This document shows positions 1 to 11,512 of a DNA stretch of 64,000 nucleotides, in pieces; the stretch's first letter is position 1; the number at the start of each line of letters is the position of its first letter. Origin of the DNA: Diplonema japonicum (taxonomy: Eukaryota > Protista > Euglenozoa: Diplonemea); assembly GCA_964019335.1 (NCBI GenBank), contig OZ025667.1, positions 124,001-188,000 of the forward strand, read 5' to 3'. The position numbers and the translations under genes were made by a program. Below the pieces are notes generated by a model. That model was not told the DNA's origin, made no database searches, and was given only the letters and a program-made list of their open reading frames with translations.

Positions 1-24
1 AAAAAAAAAAAAAAAAAAAACTAG

Positions 25-105
25 ATAGTCATCCCGGAGGGCGACCGTCCTGGAATTGATAATGCCATTGCCGAAAAAATGCTGTCTGCGCGTGCAAACC
101 AGTGA
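25..105 (+). CDS. Probable terminal exon of an upstream gene (partial; IVIPEGDRPGIDNAIAEKMLSARANQ*)
   Basis: Follows A20-CTAG (1-24), resembling the A-rich intron ends elsewhere in the window. Open frame to TGA at 103-105. Phase is assumed. Confidence 0.5.
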   Translation: MVIPEGDRPGIDNAIAEKMLSARANQ

Positions 106-824
106 GCAGAAAAAAAGTTGGGGGGTGAGAAAAAAAAGGGAAAAAAATTAGATTCTGTTCCCCCCCCCCCCCCCCCTCCCTTTCTTTAAGAATTGATAGA
201 GTCCCCCCCCCCCTCCCCTTTTTTTATATTATTTATAACTTACTACTTTTGAAAATACGGTAATTAGAAATATTCATACTTCCCCCCTTTTCTTTGAAAT
301 TGGGTGCCTCTCGCCTGAAAGAGGGCAGCATCCCGAAGAGTCGAGAGATGTGTCTGAGAGCTACCTTGACCTTCGTGGGGGGGGGGGGGGGGGGGGGGGG
401 CTCCCAGCAAAAGAAGAGCAATGATGTGCCCGCCTAATCATTGTCCGCATCTTCATCTGATGGAAGCAAATATACTACAAATGTGGCACTTATTATATTT
501 TTTTCATTTTTTTTTTTGCCACCCTCCCCCAAAAAAAACTAAAGATATTTTTTAATTTTTTTATGTTCCTTTTTTTTCTTGGCCGTTCCTTCCCCCCCCC
601 TTTTTTTTAAAGTCATTTTAGCACGGGGAAAAAAAAAACCAACAGAAACAGAGCAACCCCCCTTTTTGTGATACGACCTCCGTCCAGCTAAAAGTGATAC
701 CTTAGTGGTATTTCCCCCCCCCCCTTTTTTTTCCCCATAGTCTGTTATTTTCTCAAAAAAAAAAAAAAAAGAGGGAGGGGGCATCCGAGGGAGAAAAAAA
801 AAAAGGGGGGAAAAAGAAAAAAAA

Positions 825-2138
825 ATGGGAAAGGTGGTGGTAAACGACAACGGGTCGGGTTTCGTGAAATGCGGGTTCGCCGGAAGCAACTTCCCCACAG
901 AGAGGTTCCCCGCGATAGTGGGCAGGCCGACTCTGAGGAGTGATGAATTCACCTCTGCGAAGATTAAAGATATCATGGTGGGCCACGAGTGCATGGAGCA
1001 CAGAGCTGCCCTAAATGTCACCTATCCTCTTCAGAACGGTATTGTAAGAAACTGGGAGGACATGGAACACATCTGGGACTACACATGGAGTGAACTGAAC
1101 ATCGACCCCAGTGAGTGCAAGGTGATGCTGACGGAGGCACCCATGAACCCCCACTCCAACCGGATGAAGACCTTTGAGATCATGTTTGAAAAATACGGCT
1201 TCGAGTCCGCCTTCATGTCTATCCAGGCCGTCCTCGTCTTGTATGCACAAGGGCTTCTCAGTGGGTGTGTTGTCGATGCCGGTGACGGTGTTACCCACGT
1301 CATCCCGATCTATGAAGGACACTACGCACCCCAGTCCAGCACGGAAGCAAACGTGAAAAGGCTCGACCTTGCGGGGCACGCGCTTACGGAAAGAATGCTT
1401 GAATTGCTACAAAGGAGAGGTATGTGTGGGGAGGGGGGGAAAAACAAAAACTATAGGTTACGCGTTGAACAAGACAGCTGACTTCGACACGGTCCGTCAG
1501 GTGAAGGAAAAATTCTGCTACGTGGCGGTGGACTTCGCGTTAGAGAAGAAGCTTGCGATGGAGACAACGGTGCTGGAGAAGGAGTGTCAGGTTTGGGGGA
1601 AAACAAAAAAAAAAAAAAACACAGCTCCCCGATGGAAGGTCGATCAAGCTCGGGCCAGAACGTTTTGAGGCTGCCGAGGCTCTCTTCCGCCCTGAGCTCA
1701 TGGGCATTGATTCCCGTGCTGGTGGTATTGCCCAGATGACATTCGACTGCATCAACAACTCGACAAGAGATGTCCAGTCGGAACTCTTCAAGCACGTGGT
1801 GCTCTCTGGCGGGACGACCATGTTGCCAGGGCTGCCTTCCCGTCTTGAAAAGGAAATGAAAGATCAGTTCATAAAGGTCAAGCTTGGTGGCGACAAGAAC
1901 CGCGGGGTATATACTTTTGAAAGGGGGAAACAAAAGCCAACAACACACATACACATAACAGAAAGTCCGTATCAGGGTAGAGGCACCCCCCCGTAGGAAA
2001 CACATGGTCTATCTTGGTGCTTCCGTTCTTGCAGAAATTATGGCTGACTCACCCGAACAGTGGATCACCAAGGCAGAATGGGAAGAACAGGGGGAAAGGG
2101 TTGTGAAAGAAAAGTGCCCTGATGCGCGTAACGTTTAA
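825..2138 (+). CDS. ARP2: Actin-related protein 2 (Arp2/3 complex), 4 exons
   Basis: [36 protein letters not shown] and [11 protein letters not shown] are Arp2-type. Introns 1420-1456, 1591-1624 and 1907-1961 (all GT-AG) restore [22 protein letters not shown] and [14 protein letters not shown]. Stop TAA 2136-2138. Confidence 0.95.
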
Positions 2139-2793
2139 AAAAATGGCCCCCCCCAAAAAAAAGAAATGTACGATAAAGCTGTAAGGGGACCAAGAAAATT
2201 ACAAGTGTTTTGTTTTTTTTTTTTGATGTTTCGTCTACCAATTTTTTGCTGAATCCGTGTGTGCGCTGGAGAAAAAGGAACAAGGAAGAAAAAAAAAAAA
2301 AAAAAAAAAAAAGAACAAAGGAGAGCAAACCTCCTATGAAGAGCAGAAAAAAAAAAAATCCTTTGAGTTATGTTAGTCCCCCCCCCCTTTCCCTGCCCAT
2401 GTTTCCGTGCGGTTTTTTTTTTTTTTTTTTTTTTTTTGTGTGTTCCAGATTTTTTTTCCCCCCCTTCTGTGGTTTTCCCCCCTAGCCCCCCTTCTTTTTT
2501 TTTTCAGTGTTTCTTTTTCTCGTAGGAATTAAGGGAGAAGTATTGCGGCAGGATTCCCTGTCTCACTTTTTTATTTCTCCCATCCCCCTCTTTTTTTTTT
2601 TTTTTTTTACATCTTTCCACTGATTCTCTGCTCTTTCCACTCCCATTCCCCCGTACGTCCTTCATCCCCCTGCCCCCATTGACTGATACGTTATTTCATC
2701 CATACCAATTTTGTTGCCCCCCCTTTAAAAAAACAACAAAGTGACAACGCACTAAGGAGGGGGAATAAAAAAAAAAGAAACAAGAAAAAGAAA

Positions 2794-4731
2794 ATGGTGC
2801 AGGTTAAGAAAAAGAAGGTGGATAAAAGCCACCCGTTTCAAAAGAAGAAACAGAAGGTGGGGAAGAAGAAGTTGAAGCCAGTGGCGGCTACAAACGCAGA
2901 GATTCACTCAAAAGCGATCTTCATGAAGAAGCAAACAAAGCAAGAGACGGAGGAGTACGTGAACGAGCGCAAGCTGACGTACGCGGACAGCGTCGCGAAG
3001 CTGAAGCATTTCAACAACAGCGTGAAAAAGGAAGGACTGCTCGCCCTGCATGGGATGGTAAAGGTTACCTTGGAGGGCACCGCCATTGCTATCCCTCCTT
3101 CATCACACGCATCCCTACTTCAATCCAGCCTCCCGCTCCTTGTAGACTCGGACCTTGAGGTTCGCAAAGCGGTCGCTGCGCTTGTTAAAATAACCGCTTC
3201 TCTCCTCGACCACTATGGGACGCTGAAAGCCATGCTTCCCCTGCTTATCAGGTACATCACCGTTGCACTCACACACATGGAATCATCAGTTCGCAATACG
3301 GCTTGTAAGTCTCTCCATTACATCTGCCTGTTGGGGGTTTCGCCCCTTCCCGATGGGCTCACACTGCTCGACTGCACATTTAGAATGCTTCGCAGTGCCG
3401 AGCGTCCCAGGGACCGATCCCAACCCCCTGTTATGCAGGCTTACATCTCCATCCTGCGTTCTTCTCTCTGCAGTGTCGCCGTCGCCGAACATCAGTTCTT
3501 GAAGTCCACTAGTACCACCGATGAGCTTGGCGTTGTTCTGTCTACAGAACGCGGTGTCGCTAACTACCTTGTCAAGCAGGGTATGGACATTGTCCTGCCG
3601 CACTGGGTGGAATCTTTTCAGGATAACGGAAGGGATACAAAGGCCGGCCCATGGGAGTTGGGTCTTCTTGATATCCTTAATATGCTATTCACCTCGCTGG
3701 CCGTGAAGCAAGGCCCCAAGCAGGCCGGGCTGACCAAACGCTACGCGCAGCTGGCGCGGAGTTTCAAGCAGTCGGTTGGGAAGATCGCTGGCATGTTCCC
3801 GTTGAACACAACCACGTCCGACGGGCACCGTGTCAACACACAGCTCGCGCTTCTCATCACTTTCTTCCTGCCGCTGAACGCGGAGCCTGTACACAAGTGG
3901 CTCGCAACCTTCCTTAAAAACAACGCCGCAAGAACACTGCGTCCGGAGGACATCCAAGCGTTGTGCGTGGTGGTGGAACGCATCAATAAATACGCGCCCA
4001 ACGAAGTGGAGGAGGGGATGACGAATGTGTCGCTGACGTCCCTGCTGCGCGTGTGCGGCACACCTGGATCGCTGTCGCAGCTGGAGATCCTACGGGCTAT
4101 CCGACGCATGACCGACGACAGCCTGTGCAGAACGAAGCCGTTTTCGCAAGGTTTTGAAGACTGCGTGCCTCTGGTGCCCGGGGTGCTGTACGAGCTGATG
4201 AATAAGATGAAGCATGCCAGCAAGGAGACACAGGAAAATGCTGCGGGCGAAATCATGGTGCCCACTGTGGACGGCGGGGTGATGGTCGAGAGGGCATGGG
4301 GTGTCGACCTGCACCAACAAGCGGCTTACGAGCTCTTGTCGTTGATGTTGAGGTACAGCAGTGTGTCAGACATCTCTGATCAATGCAAGGCAGAGCTCAG
4401 ACTGGCGCTGTTCGCATCGAATGTGGAGAACACATGGCATCTGGGGTTGCTGAGGTACCTCCCGCCTCAGCTGGCATACATGTCTCTCAGTTTCCTCTCT
4501 ATCCTTGCTGAGGACAACGAGGCTATCTTGCTGACGAGCCTGCTTGAGGACCTAGACCTGACGACGCCTTTCTCGACGGACCCACTGCTGGCATACGCCC
4601 TGACCCTGATGCAGCCCTATGACATGTCGGAGTGCTACGAGGAGTTGGAAAAAGTGCAGACGCTGGAAGGCTTCCCTCAGTCGAAGCAGGCGGCAGATGA
4701 TATTCTCGCGGAGTACGCGGTCGAGGAGTGA
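2794..4731 (+). CDS. TEX10: Pre-rRNA processing protein IPI1/TEX10-like (Rix1 complex)
   Basis: N-terminal FQKKKQKVGKKKLKP..AT...SKAI, LKHFNNSVKKEGL and LTHMESSVR match the Ipi1/TEX10 N-terminal region; rest helical; 645 aa ORF. Confidence 0.75.
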   Translation: MVQVKKKKVDKSHPFQKKKQKVGKKKLKPVAATNAEIHSKAIFMKKQTKQETEEYVNERKLTYADSVAKLKHFNNSVKKEGLLALHGMVKVTLEGTAIAIPPSSHASLLQSSLPLLVDSDLEVRKAVAALVKITASLLDHYGTLKAMLPLLIRYITVALTHMESSVRNTACKSLHYICLLGVSPLPDGLTLLDCTFRMLRSAERPRDRSQPPVMQAYISILRSSLCSVAVAEHQFLKSTSTTDELGVVLSTERGVANYLVKQGMDIVLPHWVESFQDNGRDTKAGPWELGLLDILNMLFTSLAVKQGPKQAGLTKRYAQLARSFKQSVGKIAGMFPLNTTTSDGHRVNTQLALLITFFLPLNAEPVHKWLATFLKNNAARTLRPEDIQALCVVVERINKYAPNEVEEGMTNVSLTSLLRVCGTPGSLSQLEILRAIRRMTDDSLCRTKPFSQGFEDCVPLVPGVLYELMNKMKHASKETQENAAGEIMVPTVDGGVMVERAWGVDLHQQAAYELLSLMLRYSSVSDISDQCKAELRLALFASNVENTWHLGLLRYLPPQLAYMSLSFLSILAEDNEAILLTSLLEDLDLTTPFSTDPLLAYALTLMQPYDMSECYEELEKVQTLEGFPQSKQAADDILAEYAVEE

Positions 4732-4895
4732 GCAGTTTCATCATAGCTAGTCAAAAAAAAAAAAAAAAAAAAGAAATATTTATATCATATTTCCACACCC
4801 CCGGATCTGTTTTCAGAATATCGTCAAGAAGAAAAATTGAAGGGGGAAAAAAAAAAAGGAAAAAAAAAAAAAAAAAAAAAAGAAACAAAAGGAAA

Positions 4896-5723
4896 ATGTT
4901 ATTCGTGGGCCTGGTGTGTTTGTTTTTTGCATGCGCGTGCATTGTGTACCTGGGTGACACGGTCGGGTGGTTTGCACCTCTTGCGGAGGTGATTTTGGAC
5001 AAGGTGGCGGATATGGTGAGCTGGGTGGGTGTACCGCTGGCGAAACGGTTTTTGGAAATACCCGAAGACATATATTTTGTAATGGACGGGAACAGAAGGT
5101 GGGCGAAGAAAAAAGGATGGCACACGAAGCTGGGTCACATTGCAGGGTATAGATGCCTGCAAAGACTTCTGTCGCTTTGCAATGCATTGGGGGTGAAGGA
5201 GGTGACCGTATATGCATTTAGCATACCAAACTTCAAGAGGACGAAAGAGGAAAAAGACTGTTTGATGGGTTTGGCTGAAGAAAAACTAACAGAAATGCTC
5301 TCCAGAGAGGATATCGTGAGCCGGCATGGGGTTCGTGTTCGTGTTGTGGGCGATAAGCAGAGGCTCCCTCCTAGCGTTGTTGCGGCCGCTGAAAAAGCTG
5401 AAAAATTCACGGCTTCACACACAACGTGCACTCTGAACATCTGCTTCGCTTACGCCTCTCGCACCGAGCTGACACATTACGCCAAGACAGGCTCCTTATG
5501 GGTCCCCTCACCTAAAAGAAAGCCTCCCCTCTTTGTCCGTACTTCTGGCGAGCAACGCTTCTCTGATTTCATGATCTGGCAGTCGGCTTTTGCACATTTG
5601 TGCTTCCAGCCTATTCTGTGGCCCGACTACAGGTCATGGCATTTGTTTTATGCTTTGAGCGGTTACTCTGCAAGATACACCCATACCCAGAAGATCATGG
5701 ATAGGTGGGACAATATACATTAA
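4896..5723 (+). CDS. cis-prenyltransferase (DHDDS/Rer2/UPPS family) with N-terminal hydrophobic segment
   Basis: MDGNRRWA, GHIAG, VTVYAFSIPNFKR, LNICFAY and RTSGEQRFSDFMIWQ motifs. ATG 4896 follows an A-rich leader. Confidence 0.9.
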   Translation: MLFVGLVCLFFACACIVYLGDTVGWFAPLAEVILDKVADMVSWVGVPLAKRFLEIPEDIYFVMDGNRRWAKKKGWHTKLGHIAGYRCLQRLLSLCNALGVKEVTVYAFSIPNFKRTKEEKDCLMGLAEEKLTEMLSREDIVSRHGVRVRVVGDKQRLPPSVVAAAEKAEKFTASHTTCTLNICFAYASRTELTHYAKTGSLWVPSPKRKPPLFVRTSGEQRFSDFMIWQSAFAHLCFQPILWPDYRSWHLFYALSGYSARYTHTQKIMDRWDNIH

Positions 5724-5942
5724 GTAGTTGACATCAGTTTCATTGTTTTCGTTGTTTGAATTTGAACAGTTCAAGACCCCCCCCCCCCCCCCCAGCTCCG
5801 AGAACAGCGGCGCAAGCGTGCTTTTCTTTTCTTCTTTGCGGTTTAGGGGGGGGGGGGGGGGGGGAGAGAGATGCTAGTTCCCTCTTTTTTTTGTTTCCCC
5901 CCTTTTTTTTTGAACACTGGGGTCTTTGATTTTTTTATTTTT

Positions 5943-5994
5943 CTCGCGCGCACAAAACAGAGAAAAAAAAAATGGAGCCCCAAAACTAGTTTTT
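5943..5994 (+). repeat. Dispersed intergenic motif, family 4 (second copy 46052-46090)
   Basis: CTCG(C/T)GCGCACAAA...AATGGAGC(C/G)CCAAA(A)CTAGTTTTT in both places. Confidence 0.75.
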
Positions 5995-6115
5995 CTCATC
6001 ACATGAAACAAGAAAGAGGAGGAGAAAAAAAAAGAAAAAAACTGCTTTGAGAGGAAGAAAATCCCCCACCTCATCCCCCCAAAAAAAAGAACCTGAAATA
6101 CATTTTTTTTTTTTA

Positions 6116-6155
6116 GGGTGGTCCTCGAGTGGGATTTGCCCTTAAACATCGCCTT
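6116..6155 (+). repeat. Dispersed 40-bp intergenic motif, family 1 (second copy 63658-63697)
   Basis: GGGTGGTCCTCGAGTGGGATTTGCCCTTAAACATCGCCTT vs GGGTGGTCATCAAGTGAGATCTGCCCTTAAGCATCGCCTT, 35/40 identical. Confidence 0.85.
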
Positions 6156-6305
6156 TTTTTTTTGCCTTCCGAGAAGAAAGAACAAACAAAAAAAAAGAGG
6201 GGAGGGAAAAAAAAACCCCCCAAAAAAAATATCCGAGTCTAAAAAAAAATAAGTAATCTTATTATTGTCTTTTTTTTTTAAAAAAAAAACGAATCAAAGA
6301 ATCCC

Positions 6306-7885
6306 ATGAACGGAAAACAGGGATGGTCCGAGGGTGCTTTATTTACCAGCTCCCGGCAGAAGATAGACGACCCCTGGTTGGAAGAGTTCCGGGAGAAGAG
6401 CGGGCGGAGGTGGAAACGGCACCTGCGAATCACTGATGTGTTCACACCAGTAAGGAAATACGGGAAGCCTCAGAATCAGTTTTACAGGTCACGATGTATG
6501 CGAGCAGCATCTTCAGGATCCTGCCTACTCTTCGATGGATATGATACAATCCTGAATCCGTTTCTTGAAACAAATGGTAATCGAGAGCTCATCACAGATT
6601 GTAAAAAAAAGACCATCCACGCTCGGCCTAGTTCCTCGGCACCGAAGGAGCCCCTCCCTCAGCTTCCTCGTAAGATGCTTGCGAAACTACGTAAAACGTG
6701 TGCTGAAAACACACATCTTTTTGAGAAGCTAGTTGGGGCTGAAATGAACCTTACGTCTGTTCTGGCTTCGCCTGGCGGTGAGCGGGTTGCATCGACGTTG
6801 CAGCGGGCTCTGGACCCGCCTTCGAAAAAACCAAAACCAACATCAGACACACCTGCCCTGTCGCCCCGTGCGCTCCGGCACTGCACGCTTCACACAAACG
6901 TAATCCCTTCATCCACACCTACAAAATCAGATTTCAAAGGAACATGGGTGGAACAATACCCAGCTACTGTCGTTAATGAGGTGACACAGTTGTTTGACTC
7001 GTTAGACACCACAAACACGGGTCGGCTGACGTACAACGAGTTTGCAAAAATGACACAGAACAGCTTACGCACACCTGCTGAGAGCCGCGAGCTTTTCGAT
7101 GAACATGCAATAGACGGTGCTATGGGTTTGCCGGGTTTTTTGGAGACCGTGAAGCATGCGTACCCCAACACAGACGGCCACCACGGGAAGCAAGAGAACA
7201 AACGAGAAACCCGTTCCATGCGGGCCATGGTTGAGAGGAGACAGCAGGTGCTCAGCACGGCCGCGTCCCGTGCCACCCTCAGCAACCCGGTTGACAAAAT
7301 GGATTTTCTTCAGTTCTGCCAAGGTTCTGGGTCGTCGAAGATAGCGATTGAACTGAAAGAGAACCCCTTCACGCTGATCAAACAACGGCAGATGCACGGT
7401 GCAGACAGGCCTCCAGGCAGCACGCCCGCCCCAAAATGGGTCACCTCACGGGGGCTTTCCAGTCCCAAACGAAACTATGCGTAAGAAATATTTTATTGTA
7501 TTTTAGGTTTTGATTCTTCTCGACGTCTTACTACAGGAAGGCGATGGATGCACAGACTAGTAGGTTGGCCTGGCGGCAGGCAGAGATGGAACGGCTCCAC
7601 ACCATCGATCCTGAAAAGCTTAGATCCATTCTTGGACCGCAAGCCAACGCCTCCATCACCCCGCCACGGACAAGACCCCAGCACACCAGCATCCACACAC
7701 ACACCGTACACCACGCGGGACATATCGGGATTCCACCTGCTGTGCCCAGTGCTACGCAGTACAGCGATCCAGAAACGCCAAGCACAAGTAGTGTGGGGAG
7801 ACGGAGTGTGTCCCCTGCACGGCGTGCTTGGCGGGACGCGATGGCGACGCTGTCAGACAGGGGCGTGATACCCTTTAACTGCTAA
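6306..7885 (+). CDS. Hypothetical protein with EF-hand-like motif, 2 exons
   Basis: LFDSLDTTNTGRLTYNEF is EF-hand-like. Intron 7481-7536 (GTAAG...CTACAG) joins ORF 6306 in frame to ORF 7544-7885. Confidence 0.65.
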
Positions 7886-8109
7886 AGCTCTTCTCTGTTC
7901 CCTCCCTCCCCCCACCCATGTACTGTCGATACTTTCTCCCTTTTTATTATTATTTATTTTATGTGGAACGGAATACCAGCGAAAAGGAAATTTTCGGATT
8001 TTTTTTTTCCAAAATTTTTTCCGGTGGTACCATTTTGAGTACAAAAAAAAAAACTTTTTTTTTAGTTGAATCACAAAACAGGCCACCTTCACCCCCCAAA
8101 AAAAGAAAA

Positions 8110-9744
8110 ATGGGTTTAAGGTCAAGCGTGTTAACAGCAGCGTTGCTGTATTTAACTTGTTGCTGGGCGGGGTGGTGGCGGGCGAAGGGCAGGCAAGTCG
8201 TGGTGATCGGCGCCGGGGTGGCGGGGGCGAGCGCGGGGCGCGCGCTGCTGGGGGCGGGGTTCCACAACATAACAATACTGGAGGCCCGAAACAGGGTCGG
8301 GGGAAGGGTCAACACAAACAGGGACCTGGGCTTCCCAATCGAACTCGGTGCTGCCTTCATACACAACCCCAAGGACAACCCTATAACCAACCTTGTAAAA
8401 GAGTACAACAACGCAACCATGCGGGACTACAATTTCAGCAAGTGCGTCTTTTACGACCATGACGGCAGAGCCATAAAAGAAGAAGCACACACAAAAGCCC
8501 TAGCATACTTCAGATCGGTAATTTTCGACGATTTCTACGAGGAGAGGGAAAACTTTCAGACGATGTGGGACGAACCAATGGCGACAACGCTGAAAAAAAT
8601 GGGTTTCTACGACGAGTTGTCTCCCGAGGAGCAGAGGCTGTTCGACACATTCTGCTTCCAGCACATCGTCCAGGATCTCCAGGCGGACCTTGAGGACGTG
8701 TCGTCAAAAGAGTACGACCAGACTGATTTCGGAGGCGATGAAAACGGCGCGAAAATCGACCTTTTCTTCACCACCGGATTCGACAATGTTGTAACATGGC
8801 TTCTCTCTGGTACATCGCTTCTTCTCAACCACACAGTCCTCGCTGTAGACTACCGAACCCACTCTCCATTTTTCGACCGATTAATGGATGTGTTTACACT
8901 CTCGGAGTCGACATCTTTATCGTATTATCTGTACCTCGTTTTTGCCATTACAGAAGAAGCGCTTTCGCACGGAATTTCCATTGCCGGAAATGACTTACCC
9001 ATCTCCATTCACACTTCCAACGGAACGTTCAAAGCTGCGAAGGTTGTTGTGACACTTCCCATTGGGTGTTTAAAACGCAACACTGTCCGATTCACACCGC
9101 CGCTTCCATCTGAGCTTCTTAACGTTATTTCCGATCTTGGTGTTTCAAGCACCTTGAAAGTGGCGATGTGCTGGAAAAAAGAAGAGGTGTTCTGGGAAAA
9201 AGGCTCGGCGTATTTCCACAAATACCCGTCCAACGAGGAAGGAGGCCTTTTTGGTAAAGGGGAGTTCATTGAAATTGTAAACCTTTGGGAACTTGTGGGG
9301 GAGCCTTGCATGCTCATGGAGGTCGAAACCTTGTTTGCTGAGAAGTTATCTTTAATGAACAAGCACGATATTGTGAGCAGGCTTATGATAGATATTAAGC
9401 AAATGTTTTCAAATGCGATCCCCCCCACGAAGGGTGTCATTGTGTCAGATTGGTCGACCAGCCCCTTCAGCTACGGTGGGTTTTCCCACTGGAGGGTGGA
9501 TACCTCCTTTGAAGCCAATCAGGAGTTCGAGTACGATATTTCGCGTGCTCTTTACTGGGCCGGTGAGCACAGCATTTGGGAGACGTTTGGTAACACTCAC
9601 GGGGCGTACCTTAGCGGTGTCCGGGCCGCGAACCAGATATCTCTTTCGCACACACAATGTGGCGTATTTCTCTTATTTTCCACTTTCTCTCTCCTCTCTT
9701 TACTTTGCTGCTCCGTACGGCGAAGTAAAGTAAAATGTGAATGA
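8110..9744 (+). CDS. Flavin-containing amine oxidase (polyamine oxidase/LSD1-like family), probably membrane anchored
   Basis: VVVIGAGVAG, LEARNRVGGR, ELGAAFIH, VVVTLPIG, WAGEH and HGAYLSGVRAA motifs; hydrophobic N- and C-termini. Confidence 0.9.
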   Translation: MGLRSSVLTAALLYLTCCWAGWWRAKGRQVVVIGAGVAGASAGRALLGAGFHNITILEARNRVGGRVNTNRDLGFPIELGAAFIHNPKDNPITNLVKEYNNATMRDYNFSKCVFYDHDGRAIKEEAHTKALAYFRSVIFDDFYEERENFQTMWDEPMATTLKKMGFYDELSPEEQRLFDTFCFQHIVQDLQADLEDVSSKEYDQTDFGGDENGAKIDLFFTTGFDNVVTWLLSGTSLLLNHTVLAVDYRTHSPFFDRLMDVFTLSESTSLSYYLYLVFAITEEALSHGISIAGNDLPISIHTSNGTFKAAKVVVTLPIGCLKRNTVRFTPPLPSELLNVISDLGVSSTLKVAMCWKKEEVFWEKGSAYFHKYPSNEEGGLFGKGEFIEIVNLWELVGEPCMLMEVETLFAEKLSLMNKHDIVSRLMIDIKQMFSNAIPPTKGVIVSDWSTSPFSYGGFSHWRVDTSFEANQEFEYDISRALYWAGEHSIWETFGNTHGAYLSGVRAANQISLSHTQCGVFLLFSTFSLLSLLCCSVRRSKVKCE

Positions 9745-9939
9745 GTTCCCCCCCCCCCCCAATGTTGTGTGGAGGTTTGTGTAAAAAAAAAAAGAAGAAA
9801 AGAAAATAGGGAAACAAAAACTTGTTTTATTACCTTGTCAGCTGCTTGTGTCGAGCAAAAAAAAAAAAAAAAAAAAAAAGAAATTAAAAAAGAAGAAGAA
9901 AAAGAGCAAGCATAAGCCATATAGACTTCTTTTTTTTTT

Positions 9940-9990
9940 TGGTGGGTCGTTGTCAGCAATTTTGTTCTCCCCCCATCACAGTGAATTTTT
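9940..9990 (+). repeat. Dispersed intergenic motif, family 3 (copies at ~21484, 26327, 40415, 59557, possibly 46101)
   Basis: Shared GGTG(T)GG..GTTG....TTCCCCCATCA(C/T)(A/C)G(T/C)GA.TTTT pattern, all on the + strand. Confidence 0.7.
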
Positions 9991-10711
9991 TTTTCTCTTT
10001 TTTTTATTTCCCCTCTTCTTTCCTTCCTTGCTGCTTCTTGTCGGCTTAGCCTTCTCCGTTTTGGACTGGTTTGCCATCGCATCTCGCCATGTCTGTATAT
10101 ACCCTCTGGTTAGGACCCGGATTTTGGACCTCCGCCAAATTCTTAAAATAATGCTGGGGAATGGCAGCATTTAGCCAGACAACGTGGAAACGCATGCAAA
10201 CAACTTTCGCAGCCTTCACCTGTAAACCTTTACTTTTTCGCATGGGCGTTGGTGCCGTTCTGTTTAACCCAGTTTTTAGCCACTGCCACTGATGTGTGGT
10301 GTAAAAAGAAAGAATAAATACATAGACCCTGGCCAGGCTGCGCTCTCTCGGGAGAGCACCCTCTTTCTGGGAGGAAACAAAGGGGGGGGGGGGGGGGGGG
10401 GGAATCTACAAGGGGGGGATTTACAAGAGGGGGACAGATAAGCCAAAAATAGGGGGATCTACAAGGGGGGTCGTTCTCCTTGTTAGCGTCGATTGGTTTG
10501 CGTCGCATTCTGTTTGGTCCAAGTAGCTTACCTGATAGTTTGTGGGTGAACTTGTTTTGTTTTGCATCTCATTCTGCCATATTGCTGTATAGCAGGCCTC
10601 GCTCGAGCTGTGAGCTCTCATCCGATTTTGGGAAAAAACAATATCGAAAACGGGAGGGGGAAGAAGAAAGAAAAAAAAAAAAGAAAACACATCCTTCACC
10701 AGCCCTCAATA

Positions 10712-11410
10712 ATGAAGGTCATGTACCTGCATGGTCTGGAGTCAGGCCCAACAGGAACGAAAGCCAAGAAGCTAGCGGAGAGGTTCACTACACACGCGCC
10801 CGACATGCAGATGTCTGTTTGGGACTTACGAAGGCACAACAGTGTGGCACGTAATGTCGTAAAGCAGAAAGGGTTACTCGCAGCAGGCCTTGCAGGGAGT
10901 GTGGCTGGTGGTCTGCTTGCCGGTCCTGTGTGGTGTGCGGGAGGTGCTGTCTTGGGCTGCGCAGGGTTCAGTGCCTTAAACAGGAAACACGTCGTGAAGA
11001 AAGCTGTGAGCGGCTCGTTTGAGGCTTGTGTCCAGGTGCAGTGTGCAGCCATTAGAGAGTACAAGCCGGACCTCATAGTAGGGTCATCGTGGGGAGGCGC
11101 TGTTGCACTCGAGCTTATCCGTCGGCAGATCTGGTCAGGGCCCTGTGTGGCCCTCTGCCCTGCATACCACAAGATCCACGGCATGATGGCCAGTGAGAGC
11201 ATTACACTCCCTGACGGGGCCCACTGCTTGATCGTGCACGGTACTGATGACAAAACTATCCCCATCGCCAACTCCCGCGAGCTCGAAAGGGCAAACGCAA
11301 ACATTCGCCTGCTTGAACTTGACGGCGAAAACCACAAACTAACCAGTGCCGTTCGCTCCGGCAAGTTCATCGAAATCATCGAAGATTACACACGGGAGCA
11401 GAAATTGTAA
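10712..11410 (+). CDS. Alpha/beta hydrolase (YqiA/UPF0227-like esterase)
   Basis: YLHGLES, nucleophile elbow VGSSWGG, IVHGTDD and His in GENHKL; internal Gly/Ala hydrophobic hairpin. Confidence 0.85.
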   Translation: MKVMYLHGLESGPTGTKAKKLAERFTTHAPDMQMSVWDLRRHNSVARNVVKQKGLLAAGLAGSVAGGLLAGPVWCAGGAVLGCAGFSALNRKHVVKKAVSGSFEACVQVQCAAIREYKPDLIVGSSWGGAVALELIRRQIWSGPCVALCPAYHKIHGMMASESITLPDGAHCLIVHGTDDKTIPIANSRELERANANIRLLELDGENHKLTSAVRSGKFIEIIEDYTREQKL

Positions 11411-11512
11411 CCATGCAGCGTAGAGAAGAAATCCAACATTTGAGCAGCGAGACATCTATTTGCCTTCTTTTTCTTTTTTTCTTCACAAAGCACCCTCTAC
11501 CCAGCTCCGGTG

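Noticed and set aside
421-460. ATGATG...CTGA box C/D-like pair
   Set aside because: Imperfect C box, and only ~40 nt long.
9940-9990. Family-3 motif as an H/ACA snoRNA or a simple splice acceptor
   Set aside because: The hairpin is short, and the ACA/AG is not conserved in the copies at 21.5 and 40.4 kb.
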